From contig CAJFCJ010000049.1 in assembly GCA_904063045.1 (NCBI GenBank), forward strand, positions 103,313 to 167,312: a stretch of DNA of 64,000 nt, read 5' to 3'. Position numbers and translations under genes: made by a program. Shown here one piece after another: positions 49,945 to 61,260 of the stretch; within the stretch, counting starts at the first letter, position 1, and every line of letters begins with the position of its first letter. Below the pieces are notes generated by a model. That model ran no database searches and was not told the origin of the DNA. It saw nothing but the letters and a program-made list of their open reading frames with translations. Source of the stretch: Dimorphilus gyrociliatus. Its lineage: Eukaryota > Animalia > Annelida.

Positions 49945-50690
49945 TAATTTTCATTGTTCTCAAAGTAATCATAATTGTCTGTTGAAGTTAACAAACTTGG
50001 CTTATTATCTTTGTTTTCTGATTTAGGGTACAATTTCCATTTGAATTATTAAACTGAAAGGACCTAGTTATTTAAAATATAATTTTCTTTAATTATTTTA
50101 ATTGATATCAAAATATAAAACTTACAAACAATTATATCTACTAGAGCAGAAATTTTGACATTCTTCCAAATTAACAAATATATTTGTAGCAATGTATGGC
50201 ATATCTATAAATTTTCTGGGATATTTCTTTAAATGACATTCTATAGAACAAAGAGAATTTGACAAAAATCAAAATATATAAGTTTTTGCTTCCAAACCGC
50301 ATTTTTCCACTTTCTCGAAATACAAAAAATTCGATTTTAATTCAAGATCAAACTCAGACTGTACTTTGGCTTTGAAGTAGCATATGTTGATACTTAAAGA
50401 GTAGACGATTGATCTGTTATACAAAAATTGTTTTATAGTTTATTTTTTTGTTTCTAAAAATAAAAATTATAAGAAAAAAGTGTTCGTTTTTTCCAACCTG
50501 CATAAAGCATATTTGTTACAGATAAGTTTACATTCTTCAAGTCCAAATCCATAAAGGACATGGCTAGGATGTCCGGGTGGAATAAATCCATTGCTATTCA
50601 TATTTTTATCTTCTGTCATAATGTATGGACAATCCGAATAGAAATTCAAAAAATTTAATGTAATAATATTTATTAAAACATTGTAAGAAA
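49945..50690 (-). pseudogene. Two-PAN-domain gene remnant (two exons per domain), frameshifted
   Basis: GLEECKLICNKYALCR|SIVYSLSINICYFK..FLYFEKVEKC and NLEECQNFCS..C|SFQFNNSNGNCTL..YDYFENNENYC. Same intron phases as 14772-15377. Confidence 0.65.
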
Positions 50691-52197
50691 GGTTTTTCTT
50701 TACTCATGGCTTTAAGAGTAAAGTTGTTTAGTATTAATATTATTTTGAAGAGAAGGATGATAAAACTCATTCCTAATTGGTTTAAAAGCATCTGTAATAA
50801 TCTCCAAACTAAAATGAATACTTTGAAAGAATTCTTTTATAACAAAGTACTGAAGTACTTTGAAGTGAAAAGTTTTTTAAGCCTTTTCAAATATTGATAA
50901 AAACTTGACTTTTATAAACATTTGTTTTAATAGTAAAGGAAATAGTGAATATTAATGTCCCATTACTTTTTCCTGTATTATTCAAGTTGGCTTTTATTAA
51001 TTGTCAATTCAGAATATCATCTTTATGTGTCAATTGTTCAATGGAGAATGCCAGTAAAGCATATAGGTTTTTTGTATGCTCTAATATAAAAAGCAATTCT
51101 TTTTAGATAATATAAAAAATAATCATTAATATTAATATGAGATTATCTAGCTTTTCTTTTCAAGAAGAGAATAGTACTTTCATTATTTATTAACCCATTA
51201 AATCATTTTTGTTTCCATTATACAATTATACATTTAGAAGAGTTCAACAACCTTTCTACAATGTTCCATTATAATAGGCTTATAGACAGTGATTACTTGA
51301 GTACATGTAATGAAAAGGCTAAGACATAGGCGTGCAAATAGATCTGCCAATCAGGGAGAGTGTTTTGGGTATATGTAGTAGAAACTTTTATCTAGAGTAG
51401 CTGTTCCTAGCTTAGTCTAATCTCTGTATCTTCAACTGCGACAAATCCAAATTCCTAAAATGGGTAGAGTGAAATTTAGAGTAAAGTTAATAACAATTTA
51501 CCAGGCTCACAGTATTTCTGGATAAATGATCCCTTCTTCAGGTGAGTTTGAAAAGCCATTGGCAGATCGCCAGCAGACTGATTCTTCATAGGTTTAGTAT
51601 ATCTATGAGACGATACTAGTAAGCCTTGCTTAATTTCATCTTTTTTGGCACTCAACAGTATTGTCAATTAATCACTATTAATCGCGAAATTTTCAAACTA
51701 CTTTGATTTAATGCAATTTTGTGCAGAGGTAAATCTAATCGATATGAATATTAATCTAATAATTGAATATCTTTACCAAATTTGAGCGAAACCGGTAAAG
51801 CCGTTCGGTTTTGACAGGAGTTTGAAGTTGACTGTGGATAAAACTGCCTAAAGTCAGATATCTTGAGCTACTTTTGACACCAATAAGAGTATAACCTTTA
51901 CAAATAACCACAGATATAGTGATCAATTAGTAACCATTCATAAGCGTGTATTACAGAAAGACCTAGATGAATTTTATGTTCCCTCCTATCTATATATGGG
52001 CAATCATAAGACTGTTAACAAGAGCTACATTAGGGTTAAAAATGTCCATAAATTTCAAGGCTAAATTTCAGATAGAAAAAAGGGGCTAGGAAGATAAAAT
52101 ATTTCTTTGTGTATTATCCAAACCATGAAAATCTATATTTAGAACAACAGGAAGGAAATAATATGAAACTAAATTATAGATAGAAGCATAGTATCCC

Positions 52198-53655
52198 TTA
52201 TAAGCTTAGAAAAGGAAGAGAATTCTTCATAATTCTTCGTATCTTTCTACATTCATCTATATCAATATTACAATTTTTAAAATTTACATTACGTAATGTC
52301 TTTGATAAATGAAGAAGTCCATCACAAATATTTTCTAATCCATCACCCATATTTTCATTTCTGGATAAGTTAATATTTATAACTTTTGAACAATTTTTTA
52401 ACAAATTTTCAATTATTTTCCAATGTTCTTTACTTAAATTACAATTTTCGAAACTAATATCTATTAAATTTTTAGATGAATGAAAAAGTCCCTGACAAAT
52501 ATCCGAAAATCCATTTTCAATACTTCCATTATGTCCAAGATTTATGGTTTCTATATTACAACATCTTTTCAACAGATTTCCCATCATTCTACATTGTTCT
52601 TTATTCATAAGACAATTTTCAAATTTTAAATCCTTTAATGTATTTGAAGAATGCAATAAACTTTTAAAAATATCAGATAATCCATTTGTTATTGTATCAT
52701 TCCATCCTAGATTAATAGCTTCTAATCTAGAGCAACAATCGAACAGATCAGCTATAGTTTTACATTGCTCTATATTTAATTTACAATATGATAAATTAAT
52801 AACTTTTAAAGTATTAGATGAATAGACAAGTGATTGACATATACATGATAATCCATATCCCATATTTGGATTCCATCCTAAATTTATTGTATCTATTTTT
52901 GAACATCTGTTCAAAAGATTTTCCAATTTTTTACAATGTTCTTCATTAATATTACAATTTTCAATATTAATTTCTTTCAAGGTGATTGATGAATAGATAA
53001 GTTGTTTAAAAATATTTAATAATCCATTTTCCATCCTTTGATTTAATGATAGATTTACTGCTTCAATCTTACAATATTTTTTAAACAGTTTCCCTATCTG
53101 CCTGCACAGTGTTTCACTAATGTTACAATGACTCAAATTAATTCTGATCAACTCTTCACTTAATTTTAACATTTCTTCCATCATTTCTATTTCTTTATCT
53201 TCAATTTTTTTCCCTGACATATCAATTATATTTATATCCAATTTTGAAGAGACTTTTTTCCTATCTTTTTCAAATGTTCTCATTGTAGAAACATTACAAT
53301 TTGAATGAGTTTCTTTACAACATACATGGCCTATGTCTTTAACGTTGTGTGTTTTACAATAAAGGGATGGCTCTATTCCATGTATTTTGCATAGAGTAGT
53401 ATCTATTTGTAGCTTTTCTACAGATTTTTCAATATGGCCTTTTGGTATATTGCCAATTTGTTGTTCTGTTAGCTTAAATTTTTGTCCACACTTTGAACAA
53501 ATAATCCCATCGTTTTCAATTGGTAGTTTTCTTAAACATTCTGAACATAGGGTACATTGACAGGGAAGTATTATAGGATGATTTTCTGTCCAGAAGCCAG
53601 AGCAACTTTTACATACTACTTCTTCATTGTCAATAACACATTTATCGGTAGCCAT
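52198..53655 (-). CDS. Intronless RING/B-box/ribonuclease-inhibitor-type LRR protein (TRIM-like), 485 aa
   Basis: RING C-x2-C..PCQCTLCSEC..CSKC (the His ligand is Cys). B-box-like CKIH..YCKTH..HVCC..HSNC. About 12 LRRs in a 57-aa A/B period. Confidence 0.9.
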   Translation of the reverse strand: MATDKCVIDNEEVVCKSCSGFWTENHPIILPCQCTLCSECLRKLPIENDGIICSKCGQKFKLTEQQIGNIPKGHIEKSVEKLQIDTTLCKIHGIEPSLYCKTHNVKDIGHVCCKETHSNCNVSTMRTFEKDRKKVSSKLDINIIDMSGKKIEDKEIEMMEEMLKLSEELIRINLSHCNISETLCRQIGKLFKKYCKIEAVNLSLNQRMENGLLNIFKQLIYSSITLKEINIENCNINEEHCKKLENLLNRCSKIDTINLGWNPNMGYGLSCICQSLVYSSNTLKVINLSYCKLNIEQCKTIADLFDCCSRLEAINLGWNDTITNGLSDIFKSLLHSSNTLKDLKFENCLMNKEQCRMMGNLLKRCCNIETINLGHNGSIENGFSDICQGLFHSSKNLIDISFENCNLSKEHWKIIENLLKNCSKVININLSRNENMGDGLENICDGLLHLSKTLRNVNFKNCNIDIDECRKIRRIMKNSLPFLSL

Positions 53656-54582
53656 TTAGAACTTATCTGTTTCACATTCAACTTTGAAATATTATTTTTA
53701 TACTTGTAAATGTCACGTGATTTCCATTGTGATGTATATATTTATTGAAATTGGCTGATAGTTCATTAAAAGTTCTATTGTAAAATATAGGTCATGTGAA
53801 AAATAATAGGTTATATTGCAAAAATACAGCTCAAAATTGCTTTTATATGATCTAGACATCTTCATCTTAGTCAGTGTTAACAGAAGGCATTGACAATCAA
53901 GGATTTTAAATAAAACTAACCATTTTCAATGCAACATAATACAAAAGAACTTGACAATACTTTTAAATTAACTATATTGCAATATTTTTAGTAGTTTATA
54001 TTCAAATTGAAGAGAGATCTTAAATGTGTTTAAGAGTTGTAGAAAAATTTGTTTGAAAAGATATTCAATACTGATAACCTATTTTCAATCATAATAACAG
54101 TTTTTTCCTTTAACATTATTTATACTAAGTTTGATCTGAATGATTCACGTACTTTGCTGGTAGTTTTTTAACGGCCTAACAAATATTATTGATACTTTCC
54201 ACTAATCTTACTAAATTAATTAACTTTCATTCAATGCTGTCTGTGCTCTTAGGTATAATGATATATCAATGTTTAGACTTTAGATATAAAGGTACATTAA
54301 CAAATAAATTGTAATAGGAACATGTTGTGAAGGATTTACAGATGATTGATTACTTTTAAACTGCTTTTTATCTTTTCTTTATTGTTTTAATTATAGAAAA
54401 ATAAAAGAAAGAAATTGTAATCGAAATTGAAAAAATTAAAATTCCATTGATGAAGAATGAATAAAAAGAGTTTAAATTGCTTGTTTCACTTCTAATTTGA
54501 ATTTTGAAACAAATTGGAGATTTATGTCAATTTTTCTAAATAAATATGTAAATAAAAATACGTGAGATATACAGTATATATA

Positions 54583-54870
54583 GGGGTTAAAGGGCGGATG
54601 CGACAGAAAACGTCCACAAATCAGTGCTTTTAACCTAACCCTAACCTAGCCCTTGGCTGTACCTAACCTTTTTCATTACCCCTAACCCTTAGAGGAGGCC
54701 CTCCTAAGTACAAGTCAGTTGCTGTCTTCGTCTTCCTATCCATTTCTCAATCCAAAATCTAGTCTTCAAATTTCTCATATGTGGACGTGATATAAGTGAA
54801 ATTACTTGAGAGAAAAATGCCATTGGGGAAATTGTCAAAAATACGACAAATTCCGGCACTTAAAATACAA
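54583..54870 (+). repeat. CCTAAC-rich repeat copy C (longest), with sub-terminal inverted repeat
   Basis: Shares blocks with 378-505, 30555-30621 and 55793-55890. ACGTCCACA at ~54610 and TGTGGACGT at ~54780. Confidence 0.7.
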
Positions 54871-54897
54871 CTGGAAATAATTATTACATTGTATTTT

Positions 54898-55134
54898 TCA
54901 ATGAAAAACTATTGCATAAAATTTTTCAAAACTTTGCACTACAAGATTGAAAGTTGAAAATAACAGTGAAAAGTTTATTTGAAAATCAGTTATTTTAAAA
55001 AATATTCCCAATGTCCAATCATCTTCATATCCAAAGAAATTACCTCTACAGAATATATCAGCAAAACCAATTATTATTAAATATATGGTTGTGAGAAGGT
55101 CACCAATTGACATTGAAATATAGAATATCAACAA
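54898..55134 (-). pseudogene. TM2-TM3 fragment of a GRL101/RXFP-like GPCR
   Basis: SMSIGDLLTTIYLIIIGFADIFCRGNF..DWT..SFEKFYAIVFH*. Homologous to 20133-20492. Confidence 0.75.
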
Positions 55135-55514
55135 AACACCATTATTTCGTTAAAACAATATGTATTGAGTTTCTAATTCTAAACAAGCAAGTATAAAACA
55201 ACCAGCTAACGATTAGAGAACTGAACTGACAAGCTTGGGAAATGCATTTCCTTTTATACTTTTGCCAAAGCTTGGGTTCAATTAGTCAAAGGCTTACAAA
55301 GAAGGAATGTGACGATCATATAAATTATATATAACAAAAACATGAAAGGTTGTTATATCCACCTATTTAAAATATAATATTTAAGTTAGGGCCACATGGC
55401 CAACATCTCTGTAACTTGTACAAATTGAAAAAGGTAATTAATTTTTTCTCCTTTTATAGAAAATTTTCTATTGATTAAAATGAAACTGTAATAAATTTCC
55501 AATGTTTTTTTACA

Positions 55515-55715
55515 CTAAAAATAGGTTTTACTTGAAAACTTTTGTCTGCAATTGTAGTTCATAGTAGCAGAGTGCCAGATTACCAAAGTATCATCGAACG
55601 GGAAGAGTAGCAGACTTGTTCTAACTGAGATGCTTTCTAGTGTTCTTTTCAAATCAAAGGACATTAGAATAACAGTGAGGGAATATATCCTCTGAGGTTT
55701 GGCTCCAATATCCAA
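55515..55715 (-). mobile_element. Non-LTR RT fragment
   Basis: GAKPQRIYSLTVILMSFDL..LFPFDDTLVIW is a decayed G.PQGS.LSP..DL..ADD. Confidence 0.45.
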
Positions 55716-55792
55716 TCATTGCTTTGCAGTTAGTGAACTGTTTATTTCCCAAAATCATTCCTTTTACATTTACTCTAACTCACATATGAAAC

Positions 55793-55890
55793 CCCCCCTA
55801 AGCACAAATCAATTGCTGTCTTTTCTCAGATATTCCTAATCACTCTTCAAACCAAATTCTAACCTTGAAATTTCACATCTATCTACGCTT
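55793..55890 (+). repeat. CCTAAC-family repeat copy D (3' part)
   Basis: cccc.ctaag.acaa.tca.ttgctgtctt matches 54700-54730. Confidence 0.5.
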
Positions 55891-57210
55891 TCTGTCAACT
55901 GCAAAAACAACTTTACAACATTTTTCCAAAAGATAATATGGTAATTAATTTAAATCGGTAATTCATACTTTGGGTATGGCCAGCTATTTTTGTGACAATA
56001 CAAAAGTGTTTTAATAATATAACTGATGTTAAGATTAGATTTAATTCTTGGGTGTAACATAAATGTTGAAAAATCTAATTAAATAGAGTATATGGTCAAG
56101 GAGAAGAGTCAAGAGTACGCATTTTATAATGAGATTACCTTGTAGATGTAACTATTGGTTCACAAACAGTTAACCGTTAGACATGAATCTTTACTGAATA
56201 AGATTTCTACAACATCAATCTATCTTTGAGAATGAAACAATTGACATCGATAACAACTACATAATGCATCTATGTACGTTTCATTGTCTAAAATTTTTTT
56301 AGAATTGCTCTAAAATTTTAAATATAATGGAAAATATTGATTTGACTGCCTTGAAATGTTTACATTTATTTATCATATAAATAGCATTGATTGACCAGTA
56401 TTTTAACCTCTAACATAATACATTCTTTAAATAAATGTGCTTTACAATGTTTTCCCTGAAAATCTAATTGTTTGTCAAATTTTATTGATTTGACTTTTGT
56501 TTGACCTTTAAAGTTTAAAATATGTATCAAATAAATATATTACTAGATTGGCCTAAAAATAAAACTGCACGCCTTTTTGGATTTTAATATCACATATGTC
56601 TCAATTTTTTCTTTACAGTTTGGTATGTAAATGAATGATTTATGTAAAAAGTGGTTTTTGGCGATGTCATCATAGATCATCCAAAAAGTGGTCATCTGAT
56701 TGAGAGTCAAGATTGTCAATAGTTTATAATGTATTCTGTTTAACGGAGTCTTTTAATTTTTTTTAAATATTTCTTTATTAAGTAAAATATGACCACTTTT
56801 GGGTGAACCAAGAGGAAATCTCCGGTAACCATGAAGGATATCTGAACATTTAAATATAACTTTAATTTGTATATGCAAAATTTCAAACCTTTTATGAACA
56901 ATATAATTTCTGATTGAGTATAGTAACCTGAAAAATCACTTTTTAAAAAACAAGTTTCTATTGGTAAAACATAATCAAAAGCCCTGAAAGAAAGTTATAT
57001 AATAATAGAGATATAAAAAATATTTGTAAAGTGAGAATATAAAAACTAACTTGCAGTTAGAATATAAATTACATATATCCAGACATTCTTCAATTGTTAC
57101 ATTCTTATTATCTGATCCCCACAAAGGAGCCTGAAAAAGTATGTTTAACAGCTCTAATCTCCAATGGACTTTTATTGCCTTTCAGTTTATCATAGCCAGG
57201 ATCTTTTATA

Positions 57211-58859
57211 CAGTACGGGTAACCTATTTTTGAACGCCCAGCTTTTTTCTATATTAGTTAAAATATTTTTTCTTTAACATTAATTTTACAATCCAACAAT
57301 TAGACATGGCAATTGTGACTTTGTAATCAACATATTCAATTAATTAAAACTTTGTATTTTACTGTTTAAATAACAAAAAATTTTTTATTATGAAAAAATC
57401 GTGAAAAGTACCTGATATCCTATTTTTGAACAATAATTAAAAATTTATGAAAATGACCAAGTTTTTTTGCTTTCCCACACGAAAATTTATGTCAAGAATC
57501 AAAGTAGGATAACAATTTTAAAAAAGTTAAAAATGCCAAAAATAAGCTTGGACATGAGAAAATTAGTGTTGGAAAAGAGGAAGGAGAAGATGTCAATGAA
57601 TGAAATCGCAAAACAATTAAAAATTTCAAAGGGATCTGTCCACTACATAACAAAAAAATTTGAGAAACATGGAACTATTAACAATCTATCGAAACTATGT
57701 ACCCCAAAGATTTTAACAGAAAGGGAAGAGAGAAAAATTTGCCAAATTTCAAAGAGAAATCCATTTCTAACGGCAAGGAATGTGCTTGAACATTCAGGAT
57801 TAGGTTCCAAAATTTCTCTATCAACATGCAAAAAGATTTTGCAAAAAAACGACCTTAAAGGCTATGTTGCAACAAGTAAGCCAGCGCTAAAACCTTGCCA
57901 TGCAAGAAATAGAAAATCTTTTTGTTTGTCTATGTTAAATAAGAGTCAAGAAGATGTAAACAAAATTATATTTTCCAATGAAAGTCGGATTGAATTGTAT
58001 CCAAAAAGGAGAATTTGGATCCATAGGGGGAGTCATAAATGGTATGATCCAAAATACACCAAAAAAGCTGTTCGAACAGCAAATTCGTCAATATCAATAT
58101 GGGGGTGTATAAAAGCTGATGGGACAAGAGCTATAAAGTTATATAATGGGTATATGGATAGCAATTTATACCAAGAAATAATTGAGGAGAAGCTATTTCC
58201 AATGTTTGAGCCAGACAACCTGCTTATGCAGGATGGTGCCAAATGTCATACATCGGCATCTACAAGGACATTTCTTGAGAGAAACAATATAACAGTTTTA
58301 CAAGACTGGCCATCCAGAAGCCCAGAATTAAACATTATTGAAAATTTGTGGGCTTACTTAAAAAATAGGTTGCAAACCCATGTTTTGCAGACAAAAGATG
58401 ATTTGTGGAGGGCAGTAGAAGAGGAATTTAATAACATACCAAATTGGTATATTGCAAATTTATACAAAAGCTTCCATAAAAGAGCCAGATTATGTCGGAA
58501 AAGTAAAGGATATAATATAAGATATTAAAGAAAAAGAAAAAGTGATTATTTGAAGTAATATAATCTATACGTTAATAAAATGTAAAAATAAACATATTTC
58601 TTACCTTTTCTAACAACATTTTTATCAGAATTCATAAAGTTCAAAAATAGGATATTGGGCACTTTTTGTGACTTTTTCAGAATAAAATTTTTTTTGTTAT
58701 TTAAACAGTGAAATTTAAAAATTTAACTAGTTGAATCTGTTGTGTACAAAGAGATAATTGCCATGTCTAATTATTCTATTGTAAAATTAATGTTATAGAA
58801 AAAATATTTTAACTATTATAGAAAATAGCTGGGCGTTCAAAAATAGGTTACCCGTACTG
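57211..58859 (+). mobile_element. Full-length Tc1-family transposon (1649 bp) with ~220-bp IR/DR-type TIRs and TA TSD
   Basis: TA|CAGTACGGGTAACCTATTTTTGAACGCCCAGC ... GCTGGGCGTTCAAAAATAGGTTACCCGTACTG|TA. Inner repeat CCTATTTTTGAAC near 57420 and 58620. Confidence 0.97.
57533..58528 (+). CDS. Tc1 transposase, 331 aa, open ORF, triad N-D35-E
   Basis: HTH, KPAL, IIFSNES (usually FSDES), QDGAKCH and WPSRSPELNIIENLW. 35 residues counted between the second D and the E. Confidence 0.95.
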   Translation: MPKISLDMRKLVLEKRKEKMSMNEIAKQLKISKGSVHYITKKFEKHGTINNLSKLCTPKILTEREERKICQISKRNPFLTARNVLEHSGLGSKISLSTCKKILQKNDLKGYVATSKPALKPCHARNRKSFCLSMLNKSQEDVNKIIFSNESRIELYPKRRIWIHRGSHKWYDPKYTKKAVRTANSSISIWGCIKADGTRAIKLYNGYMDSNLYQEIIEEKLFPMFEPDNLLMQDGAKCHTSASTRTFLERNNITVLQDWPSRSPELNIIENLWAYLKNRLQTHVLQTKDDLWRAVEEEFNNIPNWYIANLYKSFHKRARLCRKSKGYNIRY

Positions 58860-61260
58860 TATATAGTATATAGCCATTCTGACTTCTCTTGTTGACAAAC
58901 GAGTTCTTTAAAAGGCAAATTGTTGACTTTAGATTGTAGTTGATTGCTCTAAAAAATTTAAAACTTTGTTAAAGAATTAAAAATTTCTCTTTGTCATTCT
59001 CTATTTACTTGCAATCTTCGAATAAACCACACACATATAAACATTCTTCAATTGATGTAACCTTTGAACTATCATTCCACATTTGAGGTCTAAGGCGGTA
59101 CTTTGAACAGCAATTTTATTCTCATGCTGTCTATAACCTTAAAATAAAAACACAACTGAAATTGCTAAACACAAACAGGTTGTATAAAACGAAATCTCAA
59201 ATAAAAACCTGAAACATCTTGTGAAATAGAACATTTAAAAAGTAAAAACAGAATACCAGGCGTAAATGTTATAATTTGTATCCACATCTTTAGAAACCAA
59301 AAAGGTGTATAACACGAAAGGTTGAAAAATTGTGTACAAATGCAATTCTTATATAAATATTAGTCTTATCAATTTAGAATTATTGATCAATTTTAAGATT
59401 TCTATAACTTTTTTTTTGAACTCAAAAAATATGATTTTTTCTAAGATAAATACTTGTAATTATTTATGCGAAATACTTGTGTTCATAAACTAATCAATAC
59501 ATAATATATATTTCCAACATAAAATCTCTGATATAATAGAATTTAATTATACTAAGGTTTTATTGAAGCCTTTATCAAAGATTGTATAAAAGTTTTGATA
59601 ATTAGTATTTGTAGGCCTTAATATACTTACTCTAACACTGAACTATATTTATCACTAAATATTTTAATTTTTTAATAAATATACACCATGCTCTTTTTAT
59701 ATCCATAATATTTTCCACAAGTATTACACTTCAGTGGTTGAAGTGCTGATAATAATAGAGTTAATGGTTGATATTTAAAAAAATTCATCAATTGTTCAAT
59801 CGTCTATAAATATTTCCTTTTCTTAGTGCGTTAAATGATCAGCTTTTAAATAGTCAAGCTGATGATAATAATTTGACTCTGAGCATATAATTTGAAAAAG
59901 ATCAGATAATATCCTGTAAATAGTTTGCACCTATTACAATCAATCTAATTCACTTAGTCATGGAGAGAGAGAGAGAGAGGATAAATACCATATGTTTATT
60001 GGACATGCGCAATGTGGTTTTTTTTTTAAACTTAAATATAAATACATCTGTCATCCATTTTGAATATGATTAAGCTATGGAATTTTGATAAATAGATTTT
60101 TGGATCATTCCTAATTATTAACAAATTTTTAAAATATGTCATTTCTCAACAATAGATTTTCCATGAGTCAAATTTCATCATATAATCAGAACAAGATCAT
60201 CAATCATGATTATTTGGTGTTGATCACACATAATTTGCGAATTAAGATCAACAACTTCTAGGACATGTATTATTATATTATTGCATGTGAAAGTTAAGAT
60301 ATAGATTACAAAGTGTGACTTTGCCCTATACTCAGTAAATGTCAAGCCAACAGATACAGGACAAAAAAGCAAATATGTCACATGGCAAATTCAATCTGAA
60401 TTTTTAGGCTAGATTAAAGATTTAAATGGTCAGGAAGAAAAAGACAGCTGCTAATTTGTGGCTAAGGGTTGTAGGTCTTGTCTAAAGATTAAGAATAATG
60501 ACACAAATCAGATTAGAGGTGAGAGACTGGATTAGGATAAAACCATATATTTGTGGGCGCTCTATCTCACATGCATGATTCATAATTGGTACCTGCAGTA
60601 CAGAATTATTAGTTGTAGGTCGTACTGGTTCATAAGTGTATGGGTGATTGGTGATTGGACTGTATTTTCAATGTCTTGCTAAAAATCAGGGCTCTGTCCT
60701 TCAGTAATCAGTATTGTCAAACACCTAGATGTGAAATACTAAACTAAGCTAACCTCATATAAGAAGCAAGCCTCAGTAGTGCATTGTCAACAACAATTGA
60801 CGACTTGCCAACAAGACAATGTCAATCATCTTGTACTTCAGCATTGAAGGCCAAAATATACTATACAGTTTTCATTATTTCCAATTTGCTAAGGTTTGTG
60901 ATAAATATTGGAGTAGTATCAATCAACACGCATCTATAATGCACAATTTTCTAATGTACAACTTACATTGCTTTTCTTTTTGGATATTTGAGAGGAAATT
61001 TCCATTTGAATCTGTCCCAGCTCTTAATCTAACTCTTTCATTCTCCCTTACATCTCTCTACTATACCTAAGACTCATTTGCTATTTTATTTAATCTTTAT
61101 CTACTCTAAAGATATTAAACTCACTCAAAAATATTTTCAAAGTAGGCAGCTCCCCTCCTATATATATCATATTTGGGTCAATGCACAGTTGTATGAAAAT
61201 GTTGTATGACACTGAGATTGAAAAGATCAATTTACTTTATTCAAAAATATATCTCTCTTT

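Larger units (their letters stand above)
56700..59350 (-). pseudogene. Multi-PAN gene interrupted by the Tc1 at 57211-58859
   Basis: SIEECLYVCGLFEDCK|AINYNLKSTICLLKN..GYILY[Tc1] and VTIEECLDICNLYSNCK|AFDYVLPIETCFLKS. Frameshifts present. Confidence 0.6.

Noticed and set aside
51300-51670. Possible LINE RT remnant on the - strand
   Set aside because: QG and ADD motifs are not recognisable with confidence.
60250-60350. KVTLCNL peptide as the missing N-terminal part of the DEG/ENaC gene
   Set aside because: It lacks FP, is surrounded by stops, and lies 42 kb away with no TM1 or HG motif.
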